Source: Vitrella brassicaformis CCMP3155 (Eukaryota > Protista > Chromerida). From it: 64,000 nucleotides of DNA. The stretch is from contig CDMY01000379.1 of the NCBI GenBank assembly GCA_001179505.1, positions 1 through 64,000 of the forward strand, written 5' to 3'. The position numbers and the translations under genes were made by a program. Below are positions 1-12,873 of this stretch, one piece after another; position 1 is the first letter of the stretch; each line of letters opens with the position of its first letter. The notes below the pieces were generated by a model that saw nothing but the letters and a program-made list of their open reading frames with translations, was not told where the DNA came from and did no database searches.

Positions 1-304
1 CAGTGTGTGCCTACGTATCCGCCACAAGGTCCGTCCCCTCGCCGATCACATACTGAGGCAGACAGCACATGCATTTGACCCGCACATCAGTCAGGGGAAC
101 ACGGGACTCTCACTCAGAGCGGACGGCACGAAAGCATGTGTGTGGCTGGCTACCTCTCTCTCTCTCTCTCGGTTGGCTGAGATCAGTTGGTTGTCTGGTG
201 TGTTTGGCTGCGCGTATGGATGGCTGGTATGCTTCGCGTGTGGGTTTGACCGTTACCAGAGAGAGGACATCCGCACCATGACACTTTCGTAACACGCCAC
301 GCAG

Positions 305-536
305 TCAGCTCCGGTGCAACTTGCAGCCTGTGCCACCCAGCCACTCTACGGCACCACCATTGAAAGGGCCTCGACAGGGCGGCCGACCGACGATGAGCGC
401 CTTCAGCAGTGCGGTGAAGAGGGTGGTCGTCAAGGCCATGCGGATGGTGTTTGTCATCGTGTTGCCCGTGTCGACTATCGCGGGCTTTATCTTTGTGACC
501 GAGGTGCTGACAGCCAGAAGCACACGAGTGCCGTGA
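305..536 (+). CDS. Last exon of an upstream gene; C-terminal hydrophobic helix (tail-anchored-like), unknown protein
   Basis: Acceptor ccacgcag| at ~304. GC3-rich frame ending AFSSAVKRVVVKAMRMVFVIVLPVSTIAGFIFVTEVLTARSTRVP-stop. Confidence 0.4.
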
Positions 537-1509
537 ATCAGGTGCGGGAGGACACAAGGACGGAGTGGGTGTGGGCTGCAGACATCGACATGTGTGCGTG
601 TGCGGTCTGTGTGTGTGTGTGTTGTGTGTGCAGGGCATTGCGCGTCTGTCGTCGGTCATCGCATAAAAGGGCTTTTTCTGTGTCTGTGTGTACGTGCAAT
701 TGCGTACATACGCCTTGTATACTACTGACTGTAATTGATGCTCTCTGTGCGTGTCTTGCGTGTGCGGTGGCTATGCGTTCTTTCGACAGTGAGTGTGTGT
801 TCTGGCTGGATGTCAGCCATGTACACCGGTAATTGAGAAATGCCATGAGGTGAGAGATGAAACGAAATCCAAGGCGAGAATGGGGGTTTTGTACGTATGT
901 ACGTGGCGTCTGTACGGGAATGCTTTGCGAGTCCGTGTCTTCAGCGTCACCCGAGTGCATGCACGCGCGCCATATTGACTTCGATCAGTCAATCTGGCGC
1001 ATTGCATGTGGTTAGGTGATGCGAAGACACGGACTTGCCATGCCAGACCAGACACAGACAGACGGGGAGGGTGACATTGGACGGATGGCCTTGGTGGCTG
1101 AGTGTGGAGACGATGCCACAGGGATAGATTTCCAACACCATCTGGTGCGACATGAGGCTGTGTTTTGCTTCATGTTGCGACAGATGGTGCTGGTGGCTCA
1201 TCACTGTGTGTGTTGCCCTGCTCGGAGCTAGACACACGCGAGCGACCTGCATGTGATGGAAGTTGGCTGATGCAGTGCTGCAACGATGGACGGCATCCCA
1301 TCTTACTCTTCCCAGTGATTACATAAGATCTGGCCGGATTCGTTGCCCCATTTAGGCATTCAGTTGGTCATCCATCCATCCATCCATCCGTTTCACATCC
1401 ATCCATTCACTCTTTCGCGCTGCACGCGACCATGCTATCCACACCCACATGCCCCCGTCTGCCTGCCTGCCTGCCTGTTCGTGAGGGCATGAATCCACCC
1501 TGCATTACC

Positions 1510-3800
1510 TCACGAGGTGGTGCCGCTTCGTGCTGCCAGCTCGGCGTCGGTCCTAACGCCACGCAACAAGTCGCCCCACAACTGCAACACACACACACAC
1601 ACACACACAGAGAGAGAGAGGGGGGGATGGGGGGGATTAGTTCCTGTCTCTGTGAGTGTGAGTGTGTCACCTCGTCCGCTTCTCTCTCGAAAGCCGAGAG
1701 GCCTGACGCACTGATGGACTCATCAAAAGTCCTGTGGGAACACGACACACAGGTAGCATTCACACACGCCATGACAGTATGTCCTTCCCTTCTGTGTGTT
1801 CCTTGTCCGTACTTTGGCATTCTGATGTTTGGGCCGTTTGTGAATGAGAAGGTGACACCTGCGAGGGGCCGCATGAGAGTCTGCACCACCGCCTCAGCCA
1901 CATCAATCCTGACACATGTCATGACCCACACATTGGCAGACGTGCACACGTGTGTGCAAACAAAGGAGTGGTCAGTCAGGGGTGTGAGTGGTTCTTGCCT
2001 GGAGACGCCCGGCAGCCCGCCCAGTGGTCCCTCCTGCGCAACCAAGATATCACGAGTCAGCCATGCCACTGCACAATAGACAGCCAAGAGGTGGCAGACA
2101 GACGCGTTGTATCTCGTTTGTTCTCTGTGTTGGTTCGGTTGCCTACTGTTGGCCCTTGCGTATGCGTTGGTTTGCTCGTCCTGGAATGAGGTGGGCCTCA
2201 GGATGACGTAAGGCAGCGCACTCCCACTGCCACGCAGCTCGTTTTCGGCCTTCAACTGACGGACGATACGAAGTGGACCACATGTGTGTGAGTGCGTGTG
2301 AGTGTGTGCCTGTGCGGCTGACCTTCCATCCAGTGGGGTTTCCCAGCAGCGCATTGAAGGCGGCACCCACACTAAAAGACACGCAGCACACGCAGACAGA
2401 CAGAGAGTATGTGTGTTGGTGGCTGGACGCTGTGTGTATCAGCCGCTCTCTACGTCGTGTCTTTTGCGTCTCCGCCCACTCAACTCACCCCTGGTTGCCG
2501 GAAGCGACGGATGCAGAGGAGATGAGCACAAACTTCTTGACAGTGGCCGGGCCTGACGGACCCCCAGAAGCCTCGGCTGCAACACACGCGCAAACCCAGA
2601 ATAGACAACCGCGTACGCGTGTGCTTGCTTGTCTTCCCCGCACCCCAGTCTCACACACCAGCTTGTCTGAGCGCCGCCACGGCGGCGTACTCTCTGTTGG
2701 CCTGGCCGGGCTGGTTCTCAGACAGATACACGAGAGCCTGCGACCCCATTGCGGCCTCTATGGCATCCTCCACATCCACGGCGTCACCCTCCATCACGTC
2801 GATATAGTCGCCATCGCCGCCATACCGCTTTTCTATCCGCTGCATGTCGCTGGTGGGCACGAGTAGCCGCACGTTGAAGCCACGGTTGCGCAGGAGACTC
2901 ACTGTGGCCGTACACAGCTCACCTGCACCCACACACAGCACAGATGACATTTACATGCCTTGTGTGTGTCTGTGTGTGTGTGTGTGTCTGACCGTCGGGC
3001 TCTGATGCGACGAGCAGCACAGCGTCGGGCAGCAGCGGCTTCTCTTCCTCAAGTGCAAGCTCAGTCTGGCTCTTGGTCCACTGTGTCTGAAACATCCATC
3101 CATCGGTCAACAAGGGGAAGCAGACACACCCATCCCAGGTGCGTGCGCACACTGCCTGTCGGCCAGTCAGGTCAGGCGTCACCTCACCGACAGGAATTCT
3201 TCCTGTGACATGTCGGAGGTCCTCTGCAATCAAGACATATACACAGGACGCACACTGAGGCGTCAGAGACATGTGTGTGCTCTGTTACCTTGCCGTAGTA
3301 CTGCTCGCCCTGCCCCAGCCTGAAGACAACAGACAGGAAAAGCTTAATGAATGGTGACCCTCGCCACCCGACCTGCCGAACCGTTTATTGAGAAAATCGT
3401 CCCAGAGCCGGCTCGCGTAGGTCGAGGCGGCTCGCTTGTTGGACTGAATGCGGTCCAGCCGCTCCCGCCGGCGCTGACGCCACCGAGTACCCCTGATTGT
3501 GTGCATGTGTGAAAAGGATCAAAGGCGCATGTGTTGTGTTGTGCCGTGACTGGCGGACCTTCTGACATTCTTCGTCCTCGGCGATTCGTCCTTGGGCACC
3601 ACCATCAGCCGTTGCCGCCTGAGCTCATCCTCAAGCCCACTAAATGCATCATTCTCACTCGCTGCAACCAGCATTGGCTTCCATCGGTGCCGTGACTGGC
3701 GAGAGGCCGGGGGATGGGACAAAGGGCCGGCAGGCGCACCGAGCAAAGAGAATGCGGCGGCATGCGTCCAGCAGAAAATCGATGTCAGAAGCGCAGCCAT
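1510..3800 (-). CDS. Plastid-targeted NAD(P)H-binding Rossmann-fold protein (atypical SDR/NmrA/TIC62-like), multi-exon
   Basis: ATG at 3800 begins MAALLTSIFCWTHAAA|FSLLGAPAG (signal peptide, +1 Phe, Ser/Arg-rich transit peptide). Internal exons TVSLLRNRGFNVRLLV..DVMEGDAVD, KAENELRGSGSALPYVILRPTSF, VRIDVAEAVVQTL. Last exon LWGDLLRGVRTD..TTS, TGA at 1512-1510. Confidence 0.75.
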
Positions 3801-4071
3801 GCCTGCCAATCCACTGCCATGTGACGCACATTGAGCTCGTCTGGTAGATCTGCATCGGGACCTGCCAAGTGCTGTTGGCTGACACGCGGCTTCACTGTCA
3901 GTCACTCGAGAAGCCTTCATCTCGCCGTTCTGCATCTGTTTCATGATGAGCATCCTGTCTGAGACCTGAAACTGGGGGAAAGGTCGTCAGATCCACACTG
4001 CAAGCAAAGCAAGCTCGCAAAAAGACGGCCTTTGAGCTCGCAAAAGTGAAAAGGGGAAGAAAGCGTCAAGA
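3801..4071. promoter_or_regulatory. Bidirectional promoter (Rossmann gene / thiolase) with two AGCTCGCAA copies
   Basis: Divergent ATGs 272 bp apart. aagctcgcaa at 4011-4020 and gagctcgcaa at 4034-4043. Confidence 0.5.
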
Positions 4072-5418
4072 ATGAACCGGCTCTCAACCATCGCTGGCCA
4101 TGTGGCGCCTCCCGCAGCTGCCGTGTCGGCTGCCGGGAGCAGCTACGGCTTCGCATCTGGGCGGGGGAAGAATCCCGACGACGTGGTCATCTGCAGCTCC
4201 CTCCGGACGGCCGTGACGAAGGCCAACAAGGGCGGCTTCAAGGACATGATGCCCGAGGATCTTCTGAAGCCGCTGTTCGAGGAAATCGTCCAGAGGACCG
4301 GTAGGCTCAAACAAGGAAGAGGAGCACACGACAGTGGAGCGTGTGACATGTGGATGTGTTGGTGTACAGGCGTTGATCCTCGCCTGATAGGTGACATCAG
4401 CATCGGCAACGTGCTGCAGCCTGGAGGTGGTGCGCTGTCCAGCCGGATAGCCCAGCTGCTTGCCGAGCTCCCCGACACCACGCCCATCGCCACCGTCAAT
4501 CGGCAGTGCTCGTCCGGTCTGCAGGCCATCGCAAACATCGCGGGCGCCATCAAGGCGGGCTACATCGACATCGGTCTGGCGGGCGGGGTGGAGACCATGA
4601 CGCAGCACTCGATGCAGGATTCGCTCAACCCCGAGAAGCTCAGCCCCTCTGTGTTCGAGCACGAGGCCGCCCGCAACTGCCTCCTGCCCATGGGCATCAC
4701 CAGCGAAAACGTCGTCACCAAGTACGGCATCACGCGACAGCAGCAGGACCAGCTCGCCGTCGCTTCCCACGCGAAGGCGGCCACGGCGCAGAAGACCGGC
4801 CTCTTCAATGACGAGATCGTGCCCGTCATGGCGCGTGTCAAGGACAGGAGCGGCGAGGAGAAGCACGTGGTCATCGACAAGGACGACGGCATCCGTGCGG
4901 GCACCTCGATTGAGACGCTGTCCAAGCTCAAGCCAGCCTTCCAGAAGGGCGGGTCGACGACGGCCGGCAACTCGAGCCAGGTGTCGGACGGCGCGGCCCT
5001 CTGCCTGCTGGCCCGCCGCAGCGCCGCCGAGCGACTGCACCTGCCCATCATCGGCAAGTTCGTGTCGTTTGCCGTGGTGGGCGTGCCGCCCGAGATCATG
5101 GGCATCGGGCCGGCGGTGGCCATCCCGGCCGCCCTCGAGCAGGCCAACCTGGGCATGGACGACATATCCGTGTTTGAGATCAACGAGGCCTTCGCCTCAC
5201 AGGCCACCTACTGCGTGGACAAGCTCCGGGTGCCCCTGCACAAGCTCAACCCCAAGGGCGGGGCCATAGCCCTCGGCCACCCCCTGGGCTGCACGGGGGC
5301 GCGGCAGCTGGCCACACTCATGCCCGAGCTCAAGCGGGGCGGGGGGCGGTACGGCGTGGTGTCTATGTGCATCGGCACCGGCATGGGCGCGGCGGCCGTC
5401 ATCGAGAACGAACAATGA
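4072..5418 (+). CDS. ACAA1: 3-ketoacyl-CoA thiolase, peroxisomal type; exons 4072-4300 and 4370-5418 (425 aa)
   Basis: Thiolase motifs NRQCSSGLQA, NEAF, GGAIALGHPLG and SMCIGTGMG. N-terminal PTS2-like RLSTIAGHV. One 69-nt GT-AG intron at 4301-4369. Confidence 0.95.
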   Translation: MNRLSTIAGHVAPPAAAVSAAGSSYGFASGRGKNPDDVVICSSLRTAVTKANKGGFKDMMPEDLLKPLFEEIVQRTGRLKQGRGAHDSGACDMWMCWCTGVDPRLIGDISIGNVLQPGGGALSSRIAQLLAELPDTTPIATVNRQCSSGLQAIANIAGAIKAGYIDIGLAGGVETMTQHSMQDSLNPEKLSPSVFEHEAARNCLLPMGITSENVVTKYGITRQQQDQLAVASHAKAATAQKTGLFNDEIVPVMARVKDRSGEEKHVVIDKDDGIRAGTSIETLSKLKPAFQKGGSTTAGNSSQVSDGAALCLLARRSAAERLHLPIIGKFVSFAVVGVPPEIMGIGPAVAIPAALEQANLGMDDISVFEINEAFASQATYCVDKLRVPLHKLNPKGGAIALGHPLGCTGARQLATLMPELKRGGGRYGVVSMCIGTGMGAAAVIENEQ

Positions 5419-6284
5419 GATGATGCGGATCGATCCACAGCAGGTAGTGAGTGAGGGCACAGAGAGGTGGGAGCTTGATGTGCTCAGTGAAGCATCATGC
5501 CCCGTTGTGTGTGCGCGTGCGCATGTGGGTTGGTGTGTTAGCAGCGAATTTGTCGCTCTGCCGACACTTGGCGGCGGTTGGTGCCGACGGCAAACGCCGT
5601 GTTGCCTCTCCTCGTCGATGCCAGTGGATCGGTCGGTGTCTTAGTCGCGCGTGAATCGACGAGTGAACGAACGGGCCTTTTCTTGAAGCCTGTCGAAGTT
5701 TTCGAACGGTTGTGTCGCATGTCTGATGGTCTGTGATGCTTGTGGTGACACTTCTTACGAGCTGACGTCTGTGTCTGAAAGAGAGAAGGGGTGTGTGGGG
5801 TGTACTATTGTACACGTGTGCGCGTGAATCACCTACCGAGAAAGTGCCGTCATCTGCTGCTCTCCCTCTGTGCTTTCCTTTGAGTTGCTCGGCGGGGTCG
5901 TCCTTCCTCTGTGGCTGTTGGCTGACAGCCTCGTGAATGTACGACTCGAGTGGCAACTGGAAGGAAAGGGCATGGGAGCAGGCAGCGATTCAGGGGGATG
6001 GACTGGTCGCAATGCGTATTGTGTGGACTTTATGCATTTGCTTGTGCGTGTGTTGGCTAATGCCTCTGCCTCTGCTTCTTTTGAGTCATCCAAAGCCGCT
6101 TTGGAAGGTCACGAAAACCTTGCCATGTACCGACTGATCGACTGATGTCGTCAAGACACAAACATACGTACGACGCCCCAACCGACAGTCACAGATATTA
6201 CTGATAAACACTGATAAATACACTCGGCCCTCACTCACGAAACACACCCACACACACGGATTCACACGACAGCACCATCGTCGA

Positions 6285-9200
6285 TCACGCCATCGCCCGG
6301 TATGCGAAGTCCTTGGCCACCCGGCCTCCCCCAGGCACCTCCAGCCTGGCCTGGAATGAAGGGGCAGAATGTGTGGCCGGCTGCCTCTCGGGCATAGTCG
6401 GCCGCGCGTGTGGCACCGGCCCTGACTGAGAGCCGCCCACTGTCAGCTGGACGCCGGCCGTATCGCCTGTGGGTGGATGCCGCCCCTGAGCCTCAGGAAC
6501 GCCCCAGCCGACACTGTGGATCGCATCGAAGTGGCCCTTGTTGTACCTGGGAGAATGTAGACATGTCTGTGCACAAGTGTTCTTCTCTCTGTCTTCTCTC
6601 TTACCCCGCCAGATATCCGCCCACCAGACTGGTCACGACGGCCAGGCTGCTCAACGCCAGCCACCATATATGCTGACGCACTCGCGCGTGCCGATCTGCC
6701 GTCTGGTACCACCCCTGACCCTCACCGCCCTGCCCCTCTCCTTGTTCTTCTGGTTGTGGCTGCTGCTGGGGGGAAGGAGCAGCTGGTGGCTTCTCTGCTG
6801 GCTCGTGTCCAGTCGTTGTCTCAGGGGCGGGGAAGGTCAGATGAGCGGTGCTGACGGAGCCCACTTGTGTGGGCGACGTGAGGAAGGGGAGGTCGTGTTG
6901 GAGGGACACCGGCACGCCGCTCCACGGCTGCACGAAATGCGGCTTTGGATCGAGATTGACGCCGACCATTTCCAGCCACCAAGGGGGCGGGTCTAGTGCA
7001 TCGTCGAAAGCAGTGTCAGGTGGCGACGCCATGTTGCGATAATCGAAGCTGACGGCGGGGAGAACAGAACGGACACAACAGCACAGCAGTGATGGTTTGC
7101 GTGTCTCTCTGTCTCTGCGTGTCTCTGTGCGAGTCCTCACCCGTCGAAGAACCTTGTGGTTATCAGGTCAGCCAAGTTCCACCACTGGTGTGTGACGCCC
7201 TCCTGCATGCCCCTCTGCCAGCCCTCCAGCCGCTCAGCAACCCCACCCACGTCACGTGGACAGCCAGCCACCAGTGGCCCCTTCACCCCCACCTCATAGC
7301 CGCCCTTGTCCATGCTCACCAGCACCGACTCACCGTCCTCACCCTTGCCCCCTGCAGGTGTGTGTCGCAATGCCTTGTCAATGGCAGCCGCCTCATCGAT
7401 GGCATGGATGTCCCCATTGTCAGCAGCGGCGTCAGACGGGGGCGGGGTGGTTGGGTCAAGGTGGTCGTCTTGGCCTTTTGTGGTGCTGCTGCCGTTGCCG
7501 CTGGTGGTGCGGCAGTAGTCGCCTATGGCCTTCTCGAACCGGTCGATGCTTTCATCGAGCTGAGACTGGAGAGTGCGGACGGCCGAGTAGACGAGCGGCG
7601 ACATGGCCGCAAAGTTGAGACCCATGTAGTTGGACACGAAGTTGAACGCATGCCAGGCAGACGGCCTGTAACCATCACACACCACAACATGCCTCTCTCC
7701 CTCCCTCCCACCCTCTATCCCTTTGCTGACCTGCTCATGACGCCCATCTCTCCCGCAGTCAGTGCTTTGCTAAGGTTGCTGGACGTCGCATACACCGGCA
7801 TGAAGACGCTGGTCGCAGGCGCATCAGGGGCGAACCACAGCCGCGATGCTCCGTCCTCACTGTAGGCTGCGAGCAGGCGCTCAGACGACCGGCCGCGCGG
7901 CTCTAACAGCACTGAATACGACGTCCTCTGCAGCGATATGGCCGCCGGGAAAATGCCCGGGACGGCAAGGAGGCCTTTTCCCAGCGGAGGGCGGAATGGG
8001 CTGCCGAAAGGTCCCGCGAGAATGCCTTGAGTGAGATCGTATCGGGTGCCCTCATAGTGGTCTCTCAGCAGCGCCATTGCCTCTGTGCGGTTGAAGAATC
8101 GATGATCAGGTCTGACGCTGAAGGGGAAAGTGTGTGGGCTGCTCTCGGGGTCGACATTGAGTGGCGAATGAAGGCGGGAGTAGACACGCCACAGACGGAG
8201 AGAGCTCTTCCTGTGAGCAGATACACATAGAGAGAGGTGTCTGCACGTGGCTCGGTGTGGAGCGTGTTTCGTGTTGTCTGTGAGTCGGACGTACATTGGC
8301 AGATACTGGTCCCCTGCTGAAGGGGGCATCGTCTCTGGCTCGCCGTATTCGGTCAGCCGAGGGCTGAACGTCACGGCAAAGTCCAGGGCCTTGCTGCTGT
8401 CCCACAGCCCAGATGTGTCGGCCACAATAAAGAGGTTGGGGCTGAAGAGGAACTCGCCTTTAATCGTCGGGTCGATCTCCCTGATTGTGAACCAGTTCGC
8501 CACCACGGCGACTTGGTCATCAGGCACCCGTTTTGCCACCCACACAGCGCCCCCATTCGCCAGACCTGAGGACAGCACATCATCACGCGCATGCATGCAT
8601 GTGGCCGGCCTCCTGTGCGCATGAATGGACACCTGCGGTGATGTGCATGATCCAAGCCTCTTGAGTGTCGATGACGCCCAGCACTCCGCCGCCATTCGCC
8701 GTGCTGCCGCTGCCGTCGTCCCCATAGAAGCCAAAGATCTCCGCTATGCCGCCCATCGTCTGCACCGCACACCTGGCCGTCACACAGCGCTCCAGGGCGA
8801 TGTGGGTCAGCTCCGCCAAGTCGAACAATGACGTGCTCTTGGCAGCATCTGCCGACTTGGCAGTGAGGATGGCCGCTGCCGGCGACTGACCGATGGCCAG
8901 ACCATATTCGTTCATGAGGCCGTATCGAGCGTCCAAGTAGCCGTGGGTGGCCTGTGTCTGCGGGATGGTGCCCAGCACCTTCGACTTGCCGTCGCCGTTT
9001 GCCGGTCTGTAGGCGTCGCCCCTGTCCTCGCAGCTGTATCGCGGGAACATGCCTCGCCTCGCCATCTTGAGCACCGACCGGTCCTTCCCCCTCTCATGGT
9101 GCTGACCATACACACAGAAAGAAAGAGATGGACCATGGCCTGGCACGCAATGTACTCCCTCCGCTGTCTGTTGTTACCCACCATCGGAGGCACTTTGACG

Positions 9201-9487
9201 AGACGAAAGTCGCATGCCGCACAGTCGATGGCGTTTGCAATCATGGGATGGCCGTTTGCTGTAGTGTTGCTGCCGAATACGATAAGCGTACCGCTGTCCA
9301 TGACCCCGACCGGTGCGTCCGCCAATGGCACCGTCGCATTTGCCGACGGCTGGGCATACAAAGCAAACTCGGCCAGCACATCCAGATCAAGATACACATC
9401 GGCGTGGCTGGCGCCAGCAGCAACAAGAGCAGCAGCAGCAGCAGCAGCAAGTGAAACAATGAATGAAGCGATCACAGAAACTCCCAT
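6285..9487 (-). CDS. Peptidase C69 (dipeptidase/secernin, Ntn-hydrolase)-family protein with signal peptide and C-terminal TM helix; probably catalytically inactive
   Basis: Signal peptide MGVSVIASFIVSLAAAA. Family-like segments TTANGHPMIA..DCAACDFRL, YGLMNEYGLAIG, ELTHIALERC.TAR.AV..MG, GAVWVAKRVPDD.VAVVANWF, LLRDHYEGTRYDLTQGILAGPFGSP and AISLQRTSYS. TM HIWWLALSSLAVVTSLVGGYLAG. Last exon ends MA-TGA at 6287-6285. Confidence 0.85.
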
Positions 9488-9708
9488 CTCCCGCTGATGA
9501 CTCGGAGGGCGGGGTCACAGGACCCGTAACTACCCACTTGGTTGGTTGGTTATTGTGTTTAACGAGACTCTGCCGGCCGTGATCAGCAGCAGCGGTTTCG
9601 AGGAGCACGATCACACTTGCAAGCCTTGCGAAGGGAAGAGGAGGGGCGGTTTGAAGTGTTTGCCTGGCCTCCCTCGCTTTGCGGGAGGGGTATTTTCGCC
9701 AGGATCTC

Positions 9709-11021
9709 ATGATGCTGCGTCCGCGCACGACGCTGGCCCTGCGCCAGCCGAGCGCCCTGCAGCGGATCATCGGCCAGCCCACCAGCGGCCTCACCCACGT
9801 CCACAACCAGAGCCGCGCCATCAGTGGTTTCCCCAGCTACTCGATAGCGATGCCTGCGCCGCCGCCCCGCGAGTACAACCCAGATGGCACGCCGTAAGAG
9901 GACCCACGCAGAAGCCGCACACGCGTGGCCACCAAAGAGAAGAGAAGGGGGCAGTCTCATCAATCGTTTGTTTGTTTGTTTGTTTGTTTGTCTTGGTGTC
10001 TGTCTGTCTGTCGACGCATCTCTCACTGTGATATATTCTCAGCCGCAAGTATCGGCTGATGATGTGGACGTACGACCACCCGTACGACTGGGAGCGGTGG
10101 GTGATCTTCCCGGAGGGCTGCTTCCACACCTACTACTATGGCACCTTCGCCAGAGACCTCCCCTGGTAGGGCGTGCGCGCGCACACACACAGGGAGAGCT
10201 GGAGAGATGAAGATCTGCATCTGGCTGATGAATGGATGGCACGTGTGGTGTGTGCACCACACTTGATGTGGATGTGTGTGTACTGCAGGTACACCGCGTG
10301 GTGGGCGTCCTTCCCTCTCTATGCCACGCTACTGCCGACGATCGTGTTCTTCTATCTCCTCGCCAGTTTCGGTGTGCAGGGAGGAGCCATCGGTGAGTGA
10401 GCTCAGCTGAGCAGACCATCCACATTACAGGGGAGGGGAGGGCGACAAAGGGGTGGGTGTCGTTATCGACTGTGTGCCTGTCTGTCTGTCTGTCTGTCTG
10501 GGTGTGGTGTAGGTGTCAAGCCGAAGCGTTACACGGTTGAGTGGCAGGAGGCCGAAAAGGAGCGCGACAGAGCCGAGAACGCCAACCCATGCACCAGATA
10601 CCTCGAGAGACGCCGGAAGGTACACACACACAGGCGGATACACATGTACGACACCTTGCACGTGTGTGTGTCTGCGTGTTGCTGCTCGCCTCTGTCGTGC
10701 TGTCTGTAACAGGAGCGTGGGTCGAATTGGCTGCTGGCCGACTTCATGCCCAAGCACCCCTACTGGCCATACATGCGCAACCACCACGACACCGAACTCC
10801 TACGCGAAATGGGTACCTACACACACCACCCACACCCTCATGTGTGTGGTGATGTGATGTGTAATGTTTGTGTGCTGCCTTGGCCCACCCATCCCTTTGT
10901 CCGTCGATCAGAGCGCAAGAAGGCCCGTGCGTTGCGCAAGGCAGAGCGGGAGGCTGCTGCGGCTGCTGCAGAGGAGGGCGGGGAGGACGAGGAGGGCGGT
11001 GACGACGAGGGCGAGGAGTGA
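9709..11021 (+). CDS. COX4: Cytochrome c oxidase subunit 4-like (apicomplexan Cg8/ApiCOX23 type), mitochondrial
   Basis: Arg/Leu-rich presequence MMLRPRTTLALRQPSALQR. TM exon YTAWWASFPLYATLLPTIVFFYLL, then GVKPKRYTVEWQEAEKERDRAENANPCTRYLERRRK, resembling the COX4 C-terminal EW...NP motif. Acidic tail. Confidence 0.65.
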
Positions 11022-12261
11022 GCGAACGAGGAATGCAGTGGAACGCGACAACATGGGAGCGGGGTGTGTGGGCGGACACATGTAGCTAGCTCTTCGAAGT
11101 GAAGTGTCGAGAGGGGATGTGGTGTGGTCTGCGGGTCAGTCAGTGTGGTTTGTTTCGTTCGTTGTGGTGAATGCGTGGATGGACGGATGGGTCTTCTGCG
11201 TGCGAGGCGTCGGACTCACGAGGCACGGTGGCTGTGTTGTACTTGCACCCGTACAAACACTGCCGTCGGTTTTGTGGGCCAGACGTCTCAATTGCAGGGG
11301 CCCGACTGAGTCCACCTTGCTGCATAGGTGCATGGCGTGTCCATCCATCCATCCATGTGTGTGTGTGTGTGTGTATGTTTCAAGTGTCTCACGCATCTCC
11401 NNNNNNNNNNNNNNNNNNNNNNNNNNNNNNNNNNNNNNNNNNNNNNNNNNNNNNNNNNNNNNNNNNNNNNNNNNNNNNNNNNNNNNNNNNNNNNNNNNNN
11501 NNNNNNNNNNNNNNNNNNNNNNNNNNNNNNNNNNNNNNNNNNNNNNNNNNNNNNNNNNNNNNNNNNNNNNNNNNNNNNNNNNNNNNNNNNNNNNNNNNNN
11601 NNNNNNNNNNNNNNNNNNNNNNNNNNNNNNNNNNNNNNNNNNNNNNNNNNNNNNNNNNNNNNNNNNNNNNNNNNNNNNNNNNNNNNNNNNNNNNNNNNNN
11701 TCCCCCCCCCCCCCCCCCCCTAGCTCTCTGTCTGCCCTTTTTGACTCCCTCCCTGGCTGGCTGGCTGCAACCGACCGACATGCTCAGCACACGACATGCA
11801 GTGTGTGCGGATGGCCGCCACCCCTCATGCGTACGTGTGTGCGATGGTTTGTGTGTACTATATGTGTGTGTGTGGTCGAGTGACGGACGGAGGCTGACAC
11901 GCGCCTCTCGGACCGACAGCATACACCATGAGACCCCCTTTGTGTGTCATGCGTGTGTGGTGATCTGACCATTCACCGAAGCGTCTCCCAGTCATGGTCA
12001 TCGTGTCTCTTTCGCACTTGTTCGTTTCTTCTCGCCCTTCTCCCTCGATCTTTCTCCTGCCTCTGTTACGTGTACGTGCCTCGACACATCCATCCATCCA
12101 TCCAAGCCATCCCAGCCATGTCAGACTCAAAAGGAAATGGGCAGACAATCAACGATAAGATACTCGCGGACACAGACAGGCAAGCTGCTTGCCATCTTGA
12201 GGTGGAGATCGACAGGGGTGAATGCTTTGCTGTTCCAGCACGTCGCTGCTTGCAGGGTGCT

Positions 12262-12838
12262 TCACTCCTGCCCGAGGGATGTGGACTGCAGACACATTGC
12301 CAAACGAACAGACAGACAGCGAGACCGTGGAGCAGACCAGTGCATCTGTGTATGTGTCTCACTCACACGTTCAGGCACAGGCGGGCCCGGGAGGTCCTTG
12401 TTGGCATCGAAAGTGGGCTTGGTGGCGGAAGTGGATCTGGGTGCCGGAGTGGGCTTGGGTGTCGGAGTGGGCTTGGGTGGCACAGCGGGCTTGGGTGCCT
12501 TGTGAGTCAGCACCTCGCCTTTTAGATCGACGTTCTGGTAGGGGGACTCCTTAGGGGTGGCGGCACCATCATGCAGACATTTCAGTGGGGAGTGGCTGAT
12601 TGAGTGGGTGGGTGCGTGAGTGACTTACTGATTCTGCTTCTTCATGAGGTCCCTCGGCTTTCACCGGTTGTGCCGCTGGCTCCTTCACCTACAAAGAAAG
12701 CGTCAAGGCCGGCAGGCACCTCCGTCCGTTCCTGTCTGTCTCTGTGCTGCGCTCTCTCTGCGCATGTGTGCACCCGGCCGCACTCGCCTGATCTCCTGAA
12801 AAATCCAGTTCCGCGTGTGGTCCGTAGAGGAGATCCTC

Positions 12839-12873
<35 letters not shown>

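Noticed and set aside
538-1252. Minus-strand ORFs at 538-960 and 989-1252
   Set aside because: Dominated by microsatellite-derived H/T residues, with no coding-like codon bias or motifs; likely UTR/intergenic.
4084-5269. Long antisense and alternative-frame ORFs over the thiolase (318, 215 and 153 aa)
   Set aside because: Shadow ORFs expected from extreme GC3 bias; no motifs.
11104-11968. Long ORFs spanning N gaps (also at 19325-20382, 33962-35692, 41491-42374, 45919-46922, 59323-60034 and 63227-63988)
   Set aside because: These are artefacts of translating N as X plus stop-poor microsatellite sequence.
12150-12262. Possible GPI-anchor signal for the secreted Cys/Pro-rich protein
   Set aside because: The hydrophobic stretch is in a different frame from the spliced CDS, which stops at STSLGQE (12262).
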